This document shows positions 10,798 through 20,084 of a stretch of 64,000 nt of DNA, in pieces; position 1 is the stretch's first letter; each line of letters starts with the position of its first letter. Made by a program: the position numbers and the translations under genes. The notes beneath the pieces are model-generated. The model saw only the letters and a program-made list of their open reading frames with translations, had not been told where the DNA came from and did no database searches. The stretch is taken from NCBI GenBank assembly GCA_963762565.1, contig CAVXLD010000007.1, positions 64,001-128,000 of the forward strand, in the 5' to 3' direction. The stretch is from an uncultured Verrucomicrobiae bacterium (GTDB lineage Bacteria > Verrucomicrobiota > Verrucomicrobiia > Chthoniobacterales > JAFAMB01).

Positions 10798-11142
10798 TCA
10801 ACCCCTGACAACCCCGCGCTTACTTCCCTTCCGCGTTTCAGCTTCGTCGGCGAGGCACTGTGGGAGTGTCACTTTCGCCTGTCCGCCGTCGCCGCCAGGC
10901 GTTGCTGGCTTCGCTTTCGCCTCTGTTTTCCCGGCCGCCGTTGCCGGCTTCTTGTGATGGGTCCGTTTCGGCTTCGCGGAATTCGCGCGGTAGCCGAGTT
11001 TCGCAAGCTTCTCATCGAAACTCTTGATCGCAGCTTCGCGCTTGCGCAGCAGATCGTCGATGACGGCCTGCTTGCGCTCCTCTACCGATTTCAGGTCCGA
11101 AAGGACTTTCTCAACATCGTCATTTGGTTTTTCTTCTGGCAT
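10798..11142 (-). CDS. Small coiled-coil protein with a Lys/Ala-rich tail, probably plasmid-derived
   Basis: Helical N-terminal half and basic low-complexity tail; lies next to the ardC remnant. Confidence 0.5.
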   Translation of the reverse strand: MPEEKPNDDVEKVLSDLKSVEERKQAVIDDLLRKREAAIKSFDEKLAKLGYRANSAKPKRTHHKKPATAAGKTEAKAKPATPGGDGGQAKVTLPQCLADEAETRKGSKRGVVRG

Positions 11143-11154
11143 AGCGCCCCAAAT

Positions 11155-11583
11155 CTATCGGCCCGGCACCGGCGCGTCGGGATCATGGCCGGCGAACCGC
11201 TCGAAGCCGCCGACTATGTACTTCACTATCCCCAGCGACCATTGCACCGCTTCGCCCGCGATCAGCGCGATTGCCTTCACCATCAAGGCAAGCTCCAACG
11301 CGTCGGCAAGCCCGGCCTTGTGTCCCAGCGACCCAATCGGAAGCCCGCCGTAATATACAAAGCAGGCCATCCCGCCTAAAAAAATCGTTCTTTCAACAAG
11401 CCGCGCCGCACGGCCCAGCTCCAGCACCTTCGGCAACAGAAAGAAATTCCCGAGGCCAGGCCAGCCCTTCCGCAGAACCTTGTTAAACGTGAACGAATTA
11501 TTCGGGTCTTCGCGCAGCCACGCCAGAGCCCTCGAAAGCATCATAATTCGCCTTCCCTCTCCAGACGGATCGCGAAGCCTCAT
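11155..11583 (-). CDS. Hypothetical membrane protein, possibly a fragment
   Basis: Hydrophobic C-terminal segments; 12 bp upstream of the 11142 ORF. Confidence 0.4.
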   Translation of the reverse strand: MRLRDPSGEGRRIMMLSRALAWLREDPNNSFTFNKVLRKGWPGLGNFFLLPKVLELGRAARLVERTIFLGGMACFVYYGGLPIGSLGHKAGLADALELALMVKAIALIAGEAVQWSLGIVKYIVGGFERFAGHDPDAPVPGR

Positions 11584-12083
11584 CTTACTTCAAGTTTGCA
11601 GAAATCGGTGAGCGCCGCGCGCGCGTTCCTCGCCCATTGACAGCCCCGCCCAGCCGCCGAAAGAAGCTAGGAAAACCAGTAATCAAAAATTAGCCTCCCC
11701 TAACACTACCCTACCTAACCCCTTTTATGTATGGTTGGGAACTTCCGACTTCGGTCTGTTACCAGAGCTCCCACGCCTATTTGATGTGCTTGGAGGCGAT
11801 TGCTGGACGGTTTAGCGGTTTCTCAATCAGCGTCGCCCAATTTGGAGGGTTGACACCGCGCTATCGAGACTGAAAACGCGGTAAGATCAGCCAGGTCGTG
11901 GCTGCGGCCGAGAACGGAGCCGGCGCCGTCTCCTGATCGTGACTTGCCAGTCACCGCCCAACGCTAGCACAAATTGTCGCAAATCATCTAGGCGCCACCG
12001 TCCTTTCCTTGAAAGCGCGGTTAAAAACCTGCTAAAACGGTAAGTCCGGCCAACAAATAACAAACTCTGTCCATCAATCCCGC

Positions 12084-14420
12084 ATGTCGCCACGACCTGC
12101 GATCTTCATCTCGGCTGTCAGCTGCGAGCTGAGAAGCGCGCGGCAGTTGGTGGCCAACACGCTGACCTTCCTGGGTTACGAGCCGGAGTGGCAGGACATC
12201 TTTGGTACCGAAGAGGGCGATCTGCGTGCGATACTGCGCCGTCGGATCGACTCCTGTAAAGGGGTGGTGCAATTGGTAGGAAAATGCTACGGAGCCGAGC
12301 CGCCGAGCATCGACGAACAATTCGGCGGCGTCAGTTACACGCAATACGAGGCGCTCTACGCCAGCAGCAAAGGAAAGAAGGTCTGGTTCCTGTTTCTAGA
12401 TGAAAGTTTTCCTAGCGACCCGCATGAAGAAGAAGGCGAGGAAAAAGAGAAGCTACAGAGCGCGTACCGCGCCCGGCTGAAGGCTGACGTTCATCTTTAC
12501 CATCCACTCGGCAGCAGGGAAGGCCTTGAAGCCAGCGTGCTCAAACTGCGCGATGACCTCACCCGGCTCCGGCGCGGGGTAAGGCGATGGGCCGCTCTGG
12601 TTGCTGTGCTGCTTGTCCTGATCTTCGCTCTGAGCATCTGGCTCCTGCGAGGCCAGCAGGCTCTCCAGGAAAAATTCGACAAGCTGCAGCAGGGCGTCAA
12701 TTCGTTTGCGGAAGTACAAAACAAAGTCCGCCGGGACCAGGCCGGCCAGAAGCCTGAGGAAATCGAGCAGCGCACCTACGAGGTGTTGGGTAAGCAGCTC
12801 GGGATCGACGCTGCCACGCTCAAGGAACAACTGCCGCGTTTCGCCGCAGAACTGAAGAAATCACCTAACGCCACTACTTATGAGCGAGCGAACGCCGCTT
12901 ACGTGGCAAAGGATTACAATGAGGCCGAACGGTTGGCGCTCGCTGCCGCGGCCGAAGCTCAGCGCTCCAGCCCCGCGAAGAACGCGGAAGCGGTCGAAGC
13001 CTTTGAGCTGGCGGGATGGGCAGCCGAGAAGCGGATCGAATACGCCGATGCACTAAAGCGGTTGCACGACGCCGAGGCGCTCACCGACGTCACCCGCGAT
13101 CCTCTGGAGTGGGCCCGTGTGCAGTTCGCAATTGCCTGGGTGCTGATCGGTAAAGGTCAGTACAATGACGCCGAGAGCATCTTACTTAAAGTGCTGAAGG
13201 AGCGCGAACCCGCTCTGGGCCCCGAGCATCCTGACACGCTAAACACGCGCAACGCTCTGGCAAAGGAACTCTATTTCAAAGGTAAGTATGCTGAGGCTGA
13301 GGCGGAGTGTCGCGCCGTGCTGAAGGTTCAGGAAAAGGTGCTCGGCCCCGAGCATCCTGACACGCTAAGCACGCGTACCAATCTGGCGCTCGCCCTTGAT
13401 GGTCAATGCAAGTATGCCGAGGCTGAAGCGGAGGACCGCGTGGTGATCAAGCTCAAAGAGAAAGTGCTCGGCCCCGAGCATCCTGAAACGCTAGGAACGC
13501 GGATCATTCTGGTACTCGCGCTTGATAACGAAGGCAAGTATGCCGAGGCTGAAGCGCAGGGCCGCGCGGTGCTCAAGCTCGAAGAAAAGGTGCTCGGCCC
13601 CGAGCATCCTAACACGCTCGAGCTGCGCAACTTTCTGGCAGACGCGCTCGGTGGCGAAGGCAAGTATACCGAAGCTGAAGCGGAATCTCGCACGGTGATC
13701 AAGCTCGAAGAAAAAGTACTTGGCCTCGAGAATCCTATCACGCTAGGGATGCACAGCAGTCTGGCGGACGCGCTTAATGGCCAAGGGAAGTACGCCGATG
13801 CCGAAGCGGAGTATCGCTCCGTGATCAAGCTTGAAGAAAAAGTGCTTGGCCCCGAGCATGCTTCGACGTTAAACACGCGCGCCAGTCTGCCGGACGCGCT
13901 TGAACACGAAGGCAAATATGCTGAGGCTGAAGCGGAGTGTCGCGCCGTGATTAAGCTCGAAGAAAAGGTGCTCGGCCCTGAGGATCGTCTCACGCTAGAC
14001 ACGCGCACCAGCCTGGCAGACGCGCTTGATCACCAATGCAAGGATGCCGAGGCTGAAGCGGAGTGTCGTGCCGTGCTCAAGCTCGAAGAAAAAGCGCTCG
14101 GCCCCGAGCATCCTGACACGCTAACTACGCGCCACTATCTGGCAAACGCGCTTGAACACGAAGGCAAGTATGCCGAGGCGGAAGCGGAGTATCGCGCCGT
14201 GCTGAAGCTCAGAGAAAAGGTGCTCGGTCCCGAACATCCGGGCACGCTAAGCACTTGCTTTCGTCTGGCTCGTTGTTTGCGCGATGAGGATTCTAACGGC
14301 CAAGCCAGGGAACTTGCACAGCGGGCAGCGGACGGAGCGAGCAAGGTTTTGGGACCAGAACACCCGGATACGAAGAAATACGAGCAGCTCCTGAAAGAAC
14401 TGGTGGCAAAAGAGGACTAG
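12084..14420 (+). CDS. DUF4062 - transmembrane helix - coiled coil - 42-aa TPR repeat protein (paralogue A)
   Basis: IFISAVS.EL...LVGKCYG...SYTQYEA (DUF4062); RRW-AALVAVLLVLIFALSIWLL TM; ten LGPEHP-type turns at 42-aa spacing. Confidence 0.9.
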   Translation: MSPRPAIFISAVSCELRSARQLVANTLTFLGYEPEWQDIFGTEEGDLRAILRRRIDSCKGVVQLVGKCYGAEPPSIDEQFGGVSYTQYEALYASSKGKKVWFLFLDESFPSDPHEEEGEEKEKLQSAYRARLKADVHLYHPLGSREGLEASVLKLRDDLTRLRRGVRRWAALVAVLLVLIFALSIWLLRGQQALQEKFDKLQQGVNSFAEVQNKVRRDQAGQKPEEIEQRTYEVLGKQLGIDAATLKEQLPRFAAELKKSPNATTYERANAAYVAKDYNEAERLALAAAAEAQRSSPAKNAEAVEAFELAGWAAEKRIEYADALKRLHDAEALTDVTRDPLEWARVQFAIAWVLIGKGQYNDAESILLKVLKEREPALGPEHPDTLNTRNALAKELYFKGKYAEAEAECRAVLKVQEKVLGPEHPDTLSTRTNLALALDGQCKYAEAEAEDRVVIKLKEKVLGPEHPETLGTRIILVLALDNEGKYAEAEAQGRAVLKLEEKVLGPEHPNTLELRNFLADALGGEGKYTEAEAESRTVIKLEEKVLGLENPITLGMHSSLADALNGQGKYADAEAEYRSVIKLEEKVLGPEHASTLNTRASLPDALEHEGKYAEAEAECRAVIKLEEKVLGPEDRLTLDTRTSLADALDHQCKDAEAEAECRAVLKLEEKALGPEHPDTLTTRHYLANALEHEGKYAEAEAEYRAVLKLREKVLGPEHPGTLSTCFRLARCLRDEDSNGQARELAQRAADGASKVLGPEHPDTKKYEQLLKELVAKED
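13216..14370 (+). repeat. Intragenic 126-bp tandem repeats encoding TPR units
   Basis: Recurring near-identical blocks aaggtgctcggccccgagcatcct and ggcaagtatgccgaggctgaagcggag at 126-bp period. Confidence 0.9.
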
Positions 14421-14564
14421 TTAGATCAGATCCCCCGGCGCTCATTGATTCTATCAATGTGTCTTTACGATAAAGCGCTATCGAAAATGTGGGTCAGCAA
14501 TCACAAGACCATTTCCATAATATAGAGCAGAGCTGGCTGCTCTAACCCGCGAGTTTGAACCGAC

Positions 14565-14693
14565 GTTGGCTGTTTTTTGCGTTGCTCACTCCTCAAGGAT
14601 CAATTCAGATATGCCGTTCGCGCCTTGAAAAACAGCCAACTGATCCGGCCGCTGCCGGGCGAAAGCTATGTTATTTATTGGACAGGACACTAG
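14565..14693. mobile_element. Partial (right-hand) copy of the MITE at 30602-30896
   Basis: Shares gttggctgtttt...cgcgccttgaaaaacagccaactga and the end ggcgaaagc.atgtta.ttat.ggacaggacactag. Confidence 0.75.
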
Positions 14694-15228
14694 ACCCGAT
14701 CCCAACACCTACTGGGTTGTCCCCGGTAAGCTGTTAGCCCGCGAATATCCGGGTGCCCGCGATCTGGAAGAGGCGCGCAGCCGCCTGAGAAGGTTTCTTG
14801 CGGCCGGAGTCCGTCATTTCATCGACCTGACCGAGGTCGGCGAGCTCACTCCCTACGCCGAATTACTGACGGAAGAAGCGGGCTCTAGAACCACTTACGA
14901 GCGCTTTCCCATTCGCGATGTGAGGTGCCGGAAGAACCGAAAACCATGGCAGACATTATTGGGGCCATCGATCGCGCAATGGCAGAAGGTGGGGATCACC
15001 TACGTCCATTGTTGGGGCGGAGTCGGCCGTACCGGACTCGCCGTCGCATGTTGGTTGCAGGATCGCGGACAGACACCCGATGAGGCATTAACAGACCTCG
15101 CCGATAAATGGCGCTCGTGCGCAAAATCTAAGCGGATGCCGAGCTCACCTGAAACCGCCGAGCAAGTGAGGTGGGTCAAGGAATGGCCTCTTCATCGGTC
15201 GAAGCTGCATCTCCAAAATGACCCGTGA
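14668..15228 (+). pseudogene. Dual-specificity/tyrosine protein phosphatase, damaged
   Basis: NTYWVVPG, FIDLTE, FPIRD, YVHCWGGVGRTG. The ORF's N-terminus comes from MITE sequence, and the expected VPEEPKTMADIIGAIDRAMAEGG segment is in another frame. Confidence 0.7.
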
Positions 15229-15358
15229 AAGATACCGTGGCGCCCTACTCGGATTAGCAGCAGGCGATGCTTTAGGCACCAGCTTAGAGCAGTTTGCTAA
15301 GCGTCAAGACGTGCCACTTCTGCTCCCGTTTGTTGCTTTAACCGAGAGTCACGCTTAA
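15218..15358 (+). pseudogene. N-terminal stub of an ADP-ribosylglycohydrolase
   Basis: MTRERYRGALLGLAAGDALGTSLEQF, then unrelated sequence and a stop. Confidence 0.7.
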
Positions 15359-15432
15359 TTTCATAAGCGGAATCCGATGCGATTTCATGTCCGTCACCGG
15401 ATGTAGAAGTAGACTTTTTCCGGAGGTGAGCC

Positions 15433-15765
15433 ATGCCGAAGTATTTGATCGAGGCTTCCTACAGCGCGGAGGGTGCAAAGGGTATCATGAAGAGGGGTGG
15501 AACAGCGCGACGCGCTGAAGTGCAGAAAATGGTGGAGAGCCTGGGTGGACGCCTTGATGCGTTCTATTTCGTGTTCGGAGAGAATGACGTTCATGTCATC
15601 CTTGACCTGCCTGAGAACTTGACTGCGGCCGCGATCTCGCTGGCCGTGATGTCAACAGGGGCGGCCCGCACGAAGACGACCGTGCTTCTCACACCCGAAG
15701 AGATAGATCAGGCCGTGAAAAGGCCGGTCGATTACGAGCCGCCAGCGATAGCAGCCGGGGACTAG
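15433..15765 (+). CDS. GYD-domain protein
   Basis: YSAEGAKG...ESLGGRLDAFYFVFGENDVHVI; GGAGG RBS. Confidence 0.88.
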   Translation: MPKYLIEASYSAEGAKGIMKRGGTARRAEVQKMVESLGGRLDAFYFVFGENDVHVILDLPENLTAAAISLAVMSTGAARTKTTVLLTPEEIDQAVKRPVDYEPPAIAAGD

Positions 15766-15947
15766 GGCACTTCGCCGCCAGGCCTCGAAATGGGTCTTCG
15801 GCACAGGGGACGCGCCTATACAAAACACATTGATCGATTGTAATGATCGAGTCGCGATGCGAGACTTGGCTTTCATGGCCGTCCGCTCGACTCGCGCATT
15901 GTCTCTGCACGCTGCGACTCAGTAGGGTCCCCAGATCCAATCAAAGC

Positions 15948-16112
15948 TCAGCTCTTTCGAGAAGTCTTGGCGTAAAACGACCGAAATTGCGGCACGACTT
16001 TCTTGCCCTTGCACTTCGGACATTTGACATTTTTCTTTTCGTGCTCGGCGATTGTCATTGTGACCGTGAAATTCTCGTCGCAGTTCTTACAGAAATATTC
16101 GTAGAGGGGCAT
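15948..16112 (-). CDS. FmdB-family zinc-ribbon protein
   Basis: MPLYEYFCKNC...KCPKCKG (54 aa). Confidence 0.88.
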   Translation of the reverse strand: MPLYEYFCKNCDENFTVTMTIAEHEKKNVKCPKCKGKKVVPQFRSFYAKTSRKS

Positions 16113-16261
16113 ACAAGGGGGTTCTTTCCGTACGGCCAATAAATATAGGAGATCGGAGAACCGGGTCCACTTGCTTCCACACGCTGAAGGCCGATGTTTC
16201 TGCGAGTCCCTGAGTGCGGCGCAGCCCGCAATCACAAAGCGATTCGAGAATCGAGGTGCAC

Positions 16262-16609
16262 ATGCGTTTCGAAGCATTTTCATTTGGCTCGATCTGTATT
16301 GACGGAACGACTTACGCGTATGACGTCGTGATCGACCGTGGCCGCATCCGCAAGCGCAAGAAAAAACCGTCCAAAAGGTTCCGTGACAGGTTTGGGCATA
16401 CGCCGCTCTCGATAGAGGAGGAGATACCCTGGAAGTGCCGACGGCTTGTGATCGGCACCGGAACCGGAGCGATGCCGGTGATGGAAGAGGTGAACCGCGA
16501 GGCTCACCGCCGGAAAATAAAGCTCCAGATATTGCCAACGGCCGAAGCTATCAAGACCCTGGAGAAGCGCCCTGAGAGGACGAACGCGATTCTGCATCTG
16601 ACATGTTAG
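16262..16609 (+). CDS. Mth938-like (DUF498) domain protein
   Basis: FSFGSICIDG..Y.YDVVI...LVIGTG...LPTAEAI...AILHLTC. Confidence 0.85.
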   Translation: MRFEAFSFGSICIDGTTYAYDVVIDRGRIRKRKKKPSKRFRDRFGHTPLSIEEEIPWKCRRLVIGTGTGAMPVMEEVNREAHRRKIKLQILPTAEAIKTLEKRPERTNAILHLTC

Positions 16610-16637
16610 AGCGTGAACCTGTGGGACTGCTAGGCAC

Positions 16638-16700
16638 GTAAGCCACCCGAATTCCTCAAAGACTGGCGGTTTCTCTTGGTCGGACTTCGTTGGTGGCTCC
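16638..16700 (+). repeat. Second copy of the DUF962 3' segment (49-bp direct repeat of 5729-5777)
   Basis: 45/49 identity with a perfect 26-bp core gaattcctcaaagactggcggtttct; continues as VGLRWW. Confidence 0.85.
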
Positions 16701-16797
16701 AGGGTGCTACGCGACTATGACAAATAGTTCGCTAATCGGTAATCACTGATCGCGTATAGCCGTTTGATTCGGAGTAGGGTTGAGCAGACTCTAGTCA

Positions 16798-16999
16798 CTA
16801 GTGCACCAAGTCCGTGACTGAGGAGCAACTCAGCCGCCGCCCCATTTTCATCGAAACCCTCCGGGCTGCGCGTCTTTTGGCCGGTTGCTTTGTCGCTCAT
16901 CGGTCAAAGACCACAGCGGGTATTCTACCTCTTCGCTTCGCGCATCCAGCCAAAATTCGCAGCAGCGCCGCTATACCAGTCACGGACTTGGCGCACTAG
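16798..16999. mobile_element. MITE-like element (about 200 bp) bounded by CTAG
   Basis: ctagtgcaccaagtccgtgactg ... cagtcacggacttggcgcactag (22/23 IR); the internal cccattttcatcg.aaccctccgggc is shared with the 30602 MITE. Confidence 0.8.
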
Positions 17000-17170
17000 A
17001 GCCCTTGGTCTTAACCTTTGCGTCTTGGCGTCTTTGCGTGAGATGTTGCGCATTTGTCATTGGCTATTGGCTAATGGCTATTCGCGAAGCGCCCCTTGCG
17101 TGAGATTCTCCCCGTCTGTCATTTGTCACGTCATGCGCTTCGCTTCGTATCTGCTACCTGCGAAGCGCCG

Positions 17171-17953
17171 TCATTTGTCCTGCACTTCCCTCGTCATCGG
17201 GACGAACGCGACCGGCAACACGGCTTGTTGTTCGATCTTCGCCCCATGCTTTCGGAGCAGGTAAAGCTGCTGATCGCCCAGAGTACCGACCGGGATGATC
17301 ATTCGGCCATCGTCTTTCAACTGATCGATAAGCGGCTGGGGGATCTGGTTTGGCGCACAAGTCACGATAATGGAGTCGAACGGCGCGTGCTCCGGCCAGC
17401 CTTTATAACCATCGCCGGCGAGCACTTTTACGTTAAGATATCCTAGCCGTTTGAGATCAGCCTCGGCATGTTTGGCGAGAGGTTCAATAATCTCGATCGT
17501 ATAGACTTCAGCGACAAGCCGTGAAAGAACAGCGGCCTGGTACCCGGATCCGGTACCAATCTCAAGGACACGATCAGTCGGTTTAGGGTCAAGTTGCTCG
17601 GTCATGAATGCTACAATGTAAGGCTGAGAAATGCTCTGATGGTAACCGATCGGCAGCGGCTCATCCGAGTACGCAAACTTGCGCAACGATTCCGGCACGA
17701 ACTCGTCACGCGGCACCGAGGCCATTGCGTCCAGCACGAGGCGGTTCTTAATATCCCGACCTGGAGCGGAGAGTTGCTCGACCATTCGTTGGCGAGCTGC
17801 GGCAAAATCCGAGAGCGCCGTCTGCTGCGCATTACCGACGGCCAGAAGCACCGCTTGGAGGAAGCACAGCAGAAGGAACGCTCCTCCCCTTGTAGCTGGC
17901 GGCGACGTATTCGTGGAACCCGTGCAGCGTCTCTTGGGATCTAGATCGCTCAT
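17171..17953 (-). CDS. pcm: Protein-L-isoaspartate O-methyltransferase (start uncertain)
   Basis: AYSDEPLPIG, ISQPYIVAFM, VLEIGTGSGYQAAVL, GDGYKGWPEHAPFD, FVPM. Confidence 0.95.
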   Translation of the reverse strand: MSDLDPKRRCTGSTNTSPPATRGGAFLLLCFLQAVLLAVGNAQQTALSDFAAARQRMVEQLSAPGRDIKNRLVLDAMASVPRDEFVPESLRKFAYSDEPLPIGYHQSISQPYIVAFMTEQLDPKPTDRVLEIGTGSGYQAAVLSRLVAEVYTIEIIEPLAKHAEADLKRLGYLNVKVLAGDGYKGWPEHAPFDSIIVTCAPNQIPQPLIDQLKDDGRMIIPVGTLGDQQLYLLRKHGAKIEQQAVLPVAFVPMTREVQDK

Positions 17954-18149
17954 GAGCGGCTGAGATGGCGCCTCAGTTTCCCATGAACCATAAGGCTGCT
18001 TGCGGCGAAGCCGCAACCGAAGAGGCAGCGCTCGGCCGCTCCGCAGTTGGGCGGACGCCTTTAAATCGATCCTGCGCGCTGAGCTCAACCTCTCCGCCTC
18101 TCAAGGCTTGCGGACAAAAACCCTTAGCGTCTAACTTGGCGCATCCCCT

Positions 18150-18299
18150 ATGGCTGTAATTCTCATCGCAGTCGTCTTGGCCGTGATAACCGGCCTGAAC
18201 TATTTCGGAAAACCAATATCGCGAACGATGTGGCTGGTTCTCTTCATCCTATCGTCGGTCGCGCTGATCCTGATACTGTTGACCTATTTACATTTCTGA
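18150..18299 (+). CDS. 49-aa two-TM small membrane protein
   Basis: MAVILIAVVLAVITGLNYFGKPISRTMWLVLFILSSVALILILLTYLHF; below the ORF-track cutoff. Confidence 0.55.
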   Translation: MAVILIAVVLAVITGLNYFGKPISRTMWLVLFILSSVALILILLTYLHF

Positions 18300-18416
18300 C
18301 GCTTAGCAACTTCCGCGTTTCTTTTGGGATCCGCAAAGAGTATGCGACGCGCTCCGGGCCTAACGCCAAGAGATAGCGAAGTTGTCCGCGTGAAATTTTC
18401 TCATCAAGTGAAGCGC

Positions 18417-18803
18417 TTATTGCACCGAGATCTTGCGAGGCTTCACGGTTTCTGCTTTTGGCAGCGTAACGGTCAAGATGCCATCGTCGATTTTCGCGCC
18501 GACTTTCGTCACATCGATCGATGGATCAAGTTCGTAGACACGCCGGAAATCGTGCGGCTGGATCTCCCGATGGATCAATTCAGCAGTGAATTCGGTTGGT
18601 TTCCGACGACCAAGAATAGTCATCTCACCGTTGTCGACGGTGATTTCGAGGCCACCCTTCTCGACACCGGGCATTTCCGCTCGGATAACATAGCCGTCAT
18701 CTGTGGTTTCTACATCCACCAGCGGTGTCACGAAGGCCCCTGGGCGATTGTCCTCATTGGGAGCCATTGCTTGTTCCTTTGAAGGTAGGGATGGAATATT
18801 CAT
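18417..18803 (-). CDS. Hsp20/alpha-crystallin small heat-shock protein
   Basis: PLVDVET, AEMPGV, FRRVYEL, DGILTVTLPKAE. Confidence 0.92.
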   Translation of the reverse strand: MNIPSLPSKEQAMAPNEDNRPGAFVTPLVDVETTDDGYVIRAEMPGVEKGGLEITVDNGEMTILGRRKPTEFTAELIHREIQPHDFRRVYELDPSIDVTKVGAKIDDGILTVTLPKAETVKPRKISVQ

Positions 18804-18860
18804 TGTTTTCTCCAGGTTCCGGCACCTGACGTGCTGAGCGCCCGTCGGCACCACGTATTT

Positions 18861-19325
18861 TCATTTGAGGGCGACTTCGATCTGTTTTGGCTTTGCTTCC
18901 TCCGCTTTCGGTAGCACGACCTGCAAAAGGCCGTCTCTATAGCTGGCTTTCACTTTGCCGGGATCAACGGGAGTTGGTAGTGTCAAGCTGCGCTGGTATT
19001 TGCCGTAGAACCTTTCGGTAAAGAATCCTTGCTCGCTAGCTCCTTCGTGTTTGCGTTCGCCCGAGATGGTGAGCGTGGCGTCGTGCAGCAAGATCTCGAT
19101 TTCTTCCTTCTTGAGACCAGGAAGCTCCGCGACGACGACGAATTGATCTTTGTCTTGATAGACATCAACTGCAGGATTCCAACGGCTCAACGAAGCTGGG
19201 GATCGAAAGGATGAGCCAAGGGTTGAGTTATACACCCGATCCATTTCCGCCTGCATACTTGTGATTCGATCCAGAACAGCCGCTAGATCCGTTTGAGGAT
19301 AACGTTGGTAACGAACGATGTTCAT
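18861..19325 (-). CDS. Hsp20/alpha-crystallin small heat-shock protein
   Basis: WNPAVDVYQD, AELPGL, ERFYGKYQRSLTLP, YRDGLLQVVLPK; AAGGAG RBS. Confidence 0.93.
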   Translation of the reverse strand: MNIVRYQRYPQTDLAAVLDRITSMQAEMDRVYNSTLGSSFRSPASLSRWNPAVDVYQDKDQFVVVAELPGLKKEEIEILLHDATLTISGERKHEGASEQGFFTERFYGKYQRSLTLPTPVDPGKVKASYRDGLLQVVLPKAEEAKPKQIEVALK

Positions 19326-20084
19326 AGGTTTTAACTCCTTTTGGAGTTTAGCCCCTGTCGATCGGCTTCTCCCATACTCGTTTCCACGGCTTACAGTTGG
19401 CTCTCGGTATGACGATGATTGACACGAAGAACGAAACGAGACATGGAAATGGAGCCATCGAGACGGATCCATCGTTGGAGTGTAGCTCGACGGGCTAAGC
19501 TTAGATGAATCCTCAAAATGGCGCTTGGTTTTCCAAGAAGAGTGTAAGCTCATCGACATTAGGGGTCCGAACGTTTAGAACCTACCGCTCACTCCCATCC
19601 CACGCCCTGACCGCCTCCTGATGCCCCTCGCTTTTCGCGCTGGTCGCTCCGCATTTGCTGAGCGGGTTTCACGACTTTTAGCGGCACACTGGTTCAGATG
19701 GTTTAATTCCGTTGCCCCTGAGGCGGCCGCTTCGCCTCGGCATCCAGAAGTGATCGGAGCTTCGCCAATCACTGGGCCTTCGGCTGCCGGCTATCGCTTA
19801 GCACATCGGCTAGCGCGAGACGTGATATACCAATCCGGGCAGCGAGCTTCCCTCAAAGCGCGCCCTAGTTTTGCCTCGCGTGTCAAAACGCCTTACATTG
19901 AGTCGTTCGGCGGAAGGGGAAATAAAGCAAGCTTATCGATTAGTTTCCCTGCGGACTGAGGCCGCAGGCGTGAGCAGCCTTGGCTGAATTAGTGCAACTT
20001 TAGAAGTCACGGGTCGAGAACAGCCCGGTGTCACGAAACGCGCTCCTAATCGAGTTTCCGTCCGCATGAAACGAAAGAGAATCT

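Noticed and set aside
13403..14344. Antisense Ser/Ala-rich ORFs
   Set aside because: They are shadow frames of the TPR repeats.
12084..14420. NLR/STAND (Avs-like) protein or DGR target
   Set aside because: There is no P-loop NTPase, no reverse transcriptase, and no template repeat with adenine-specific differences.
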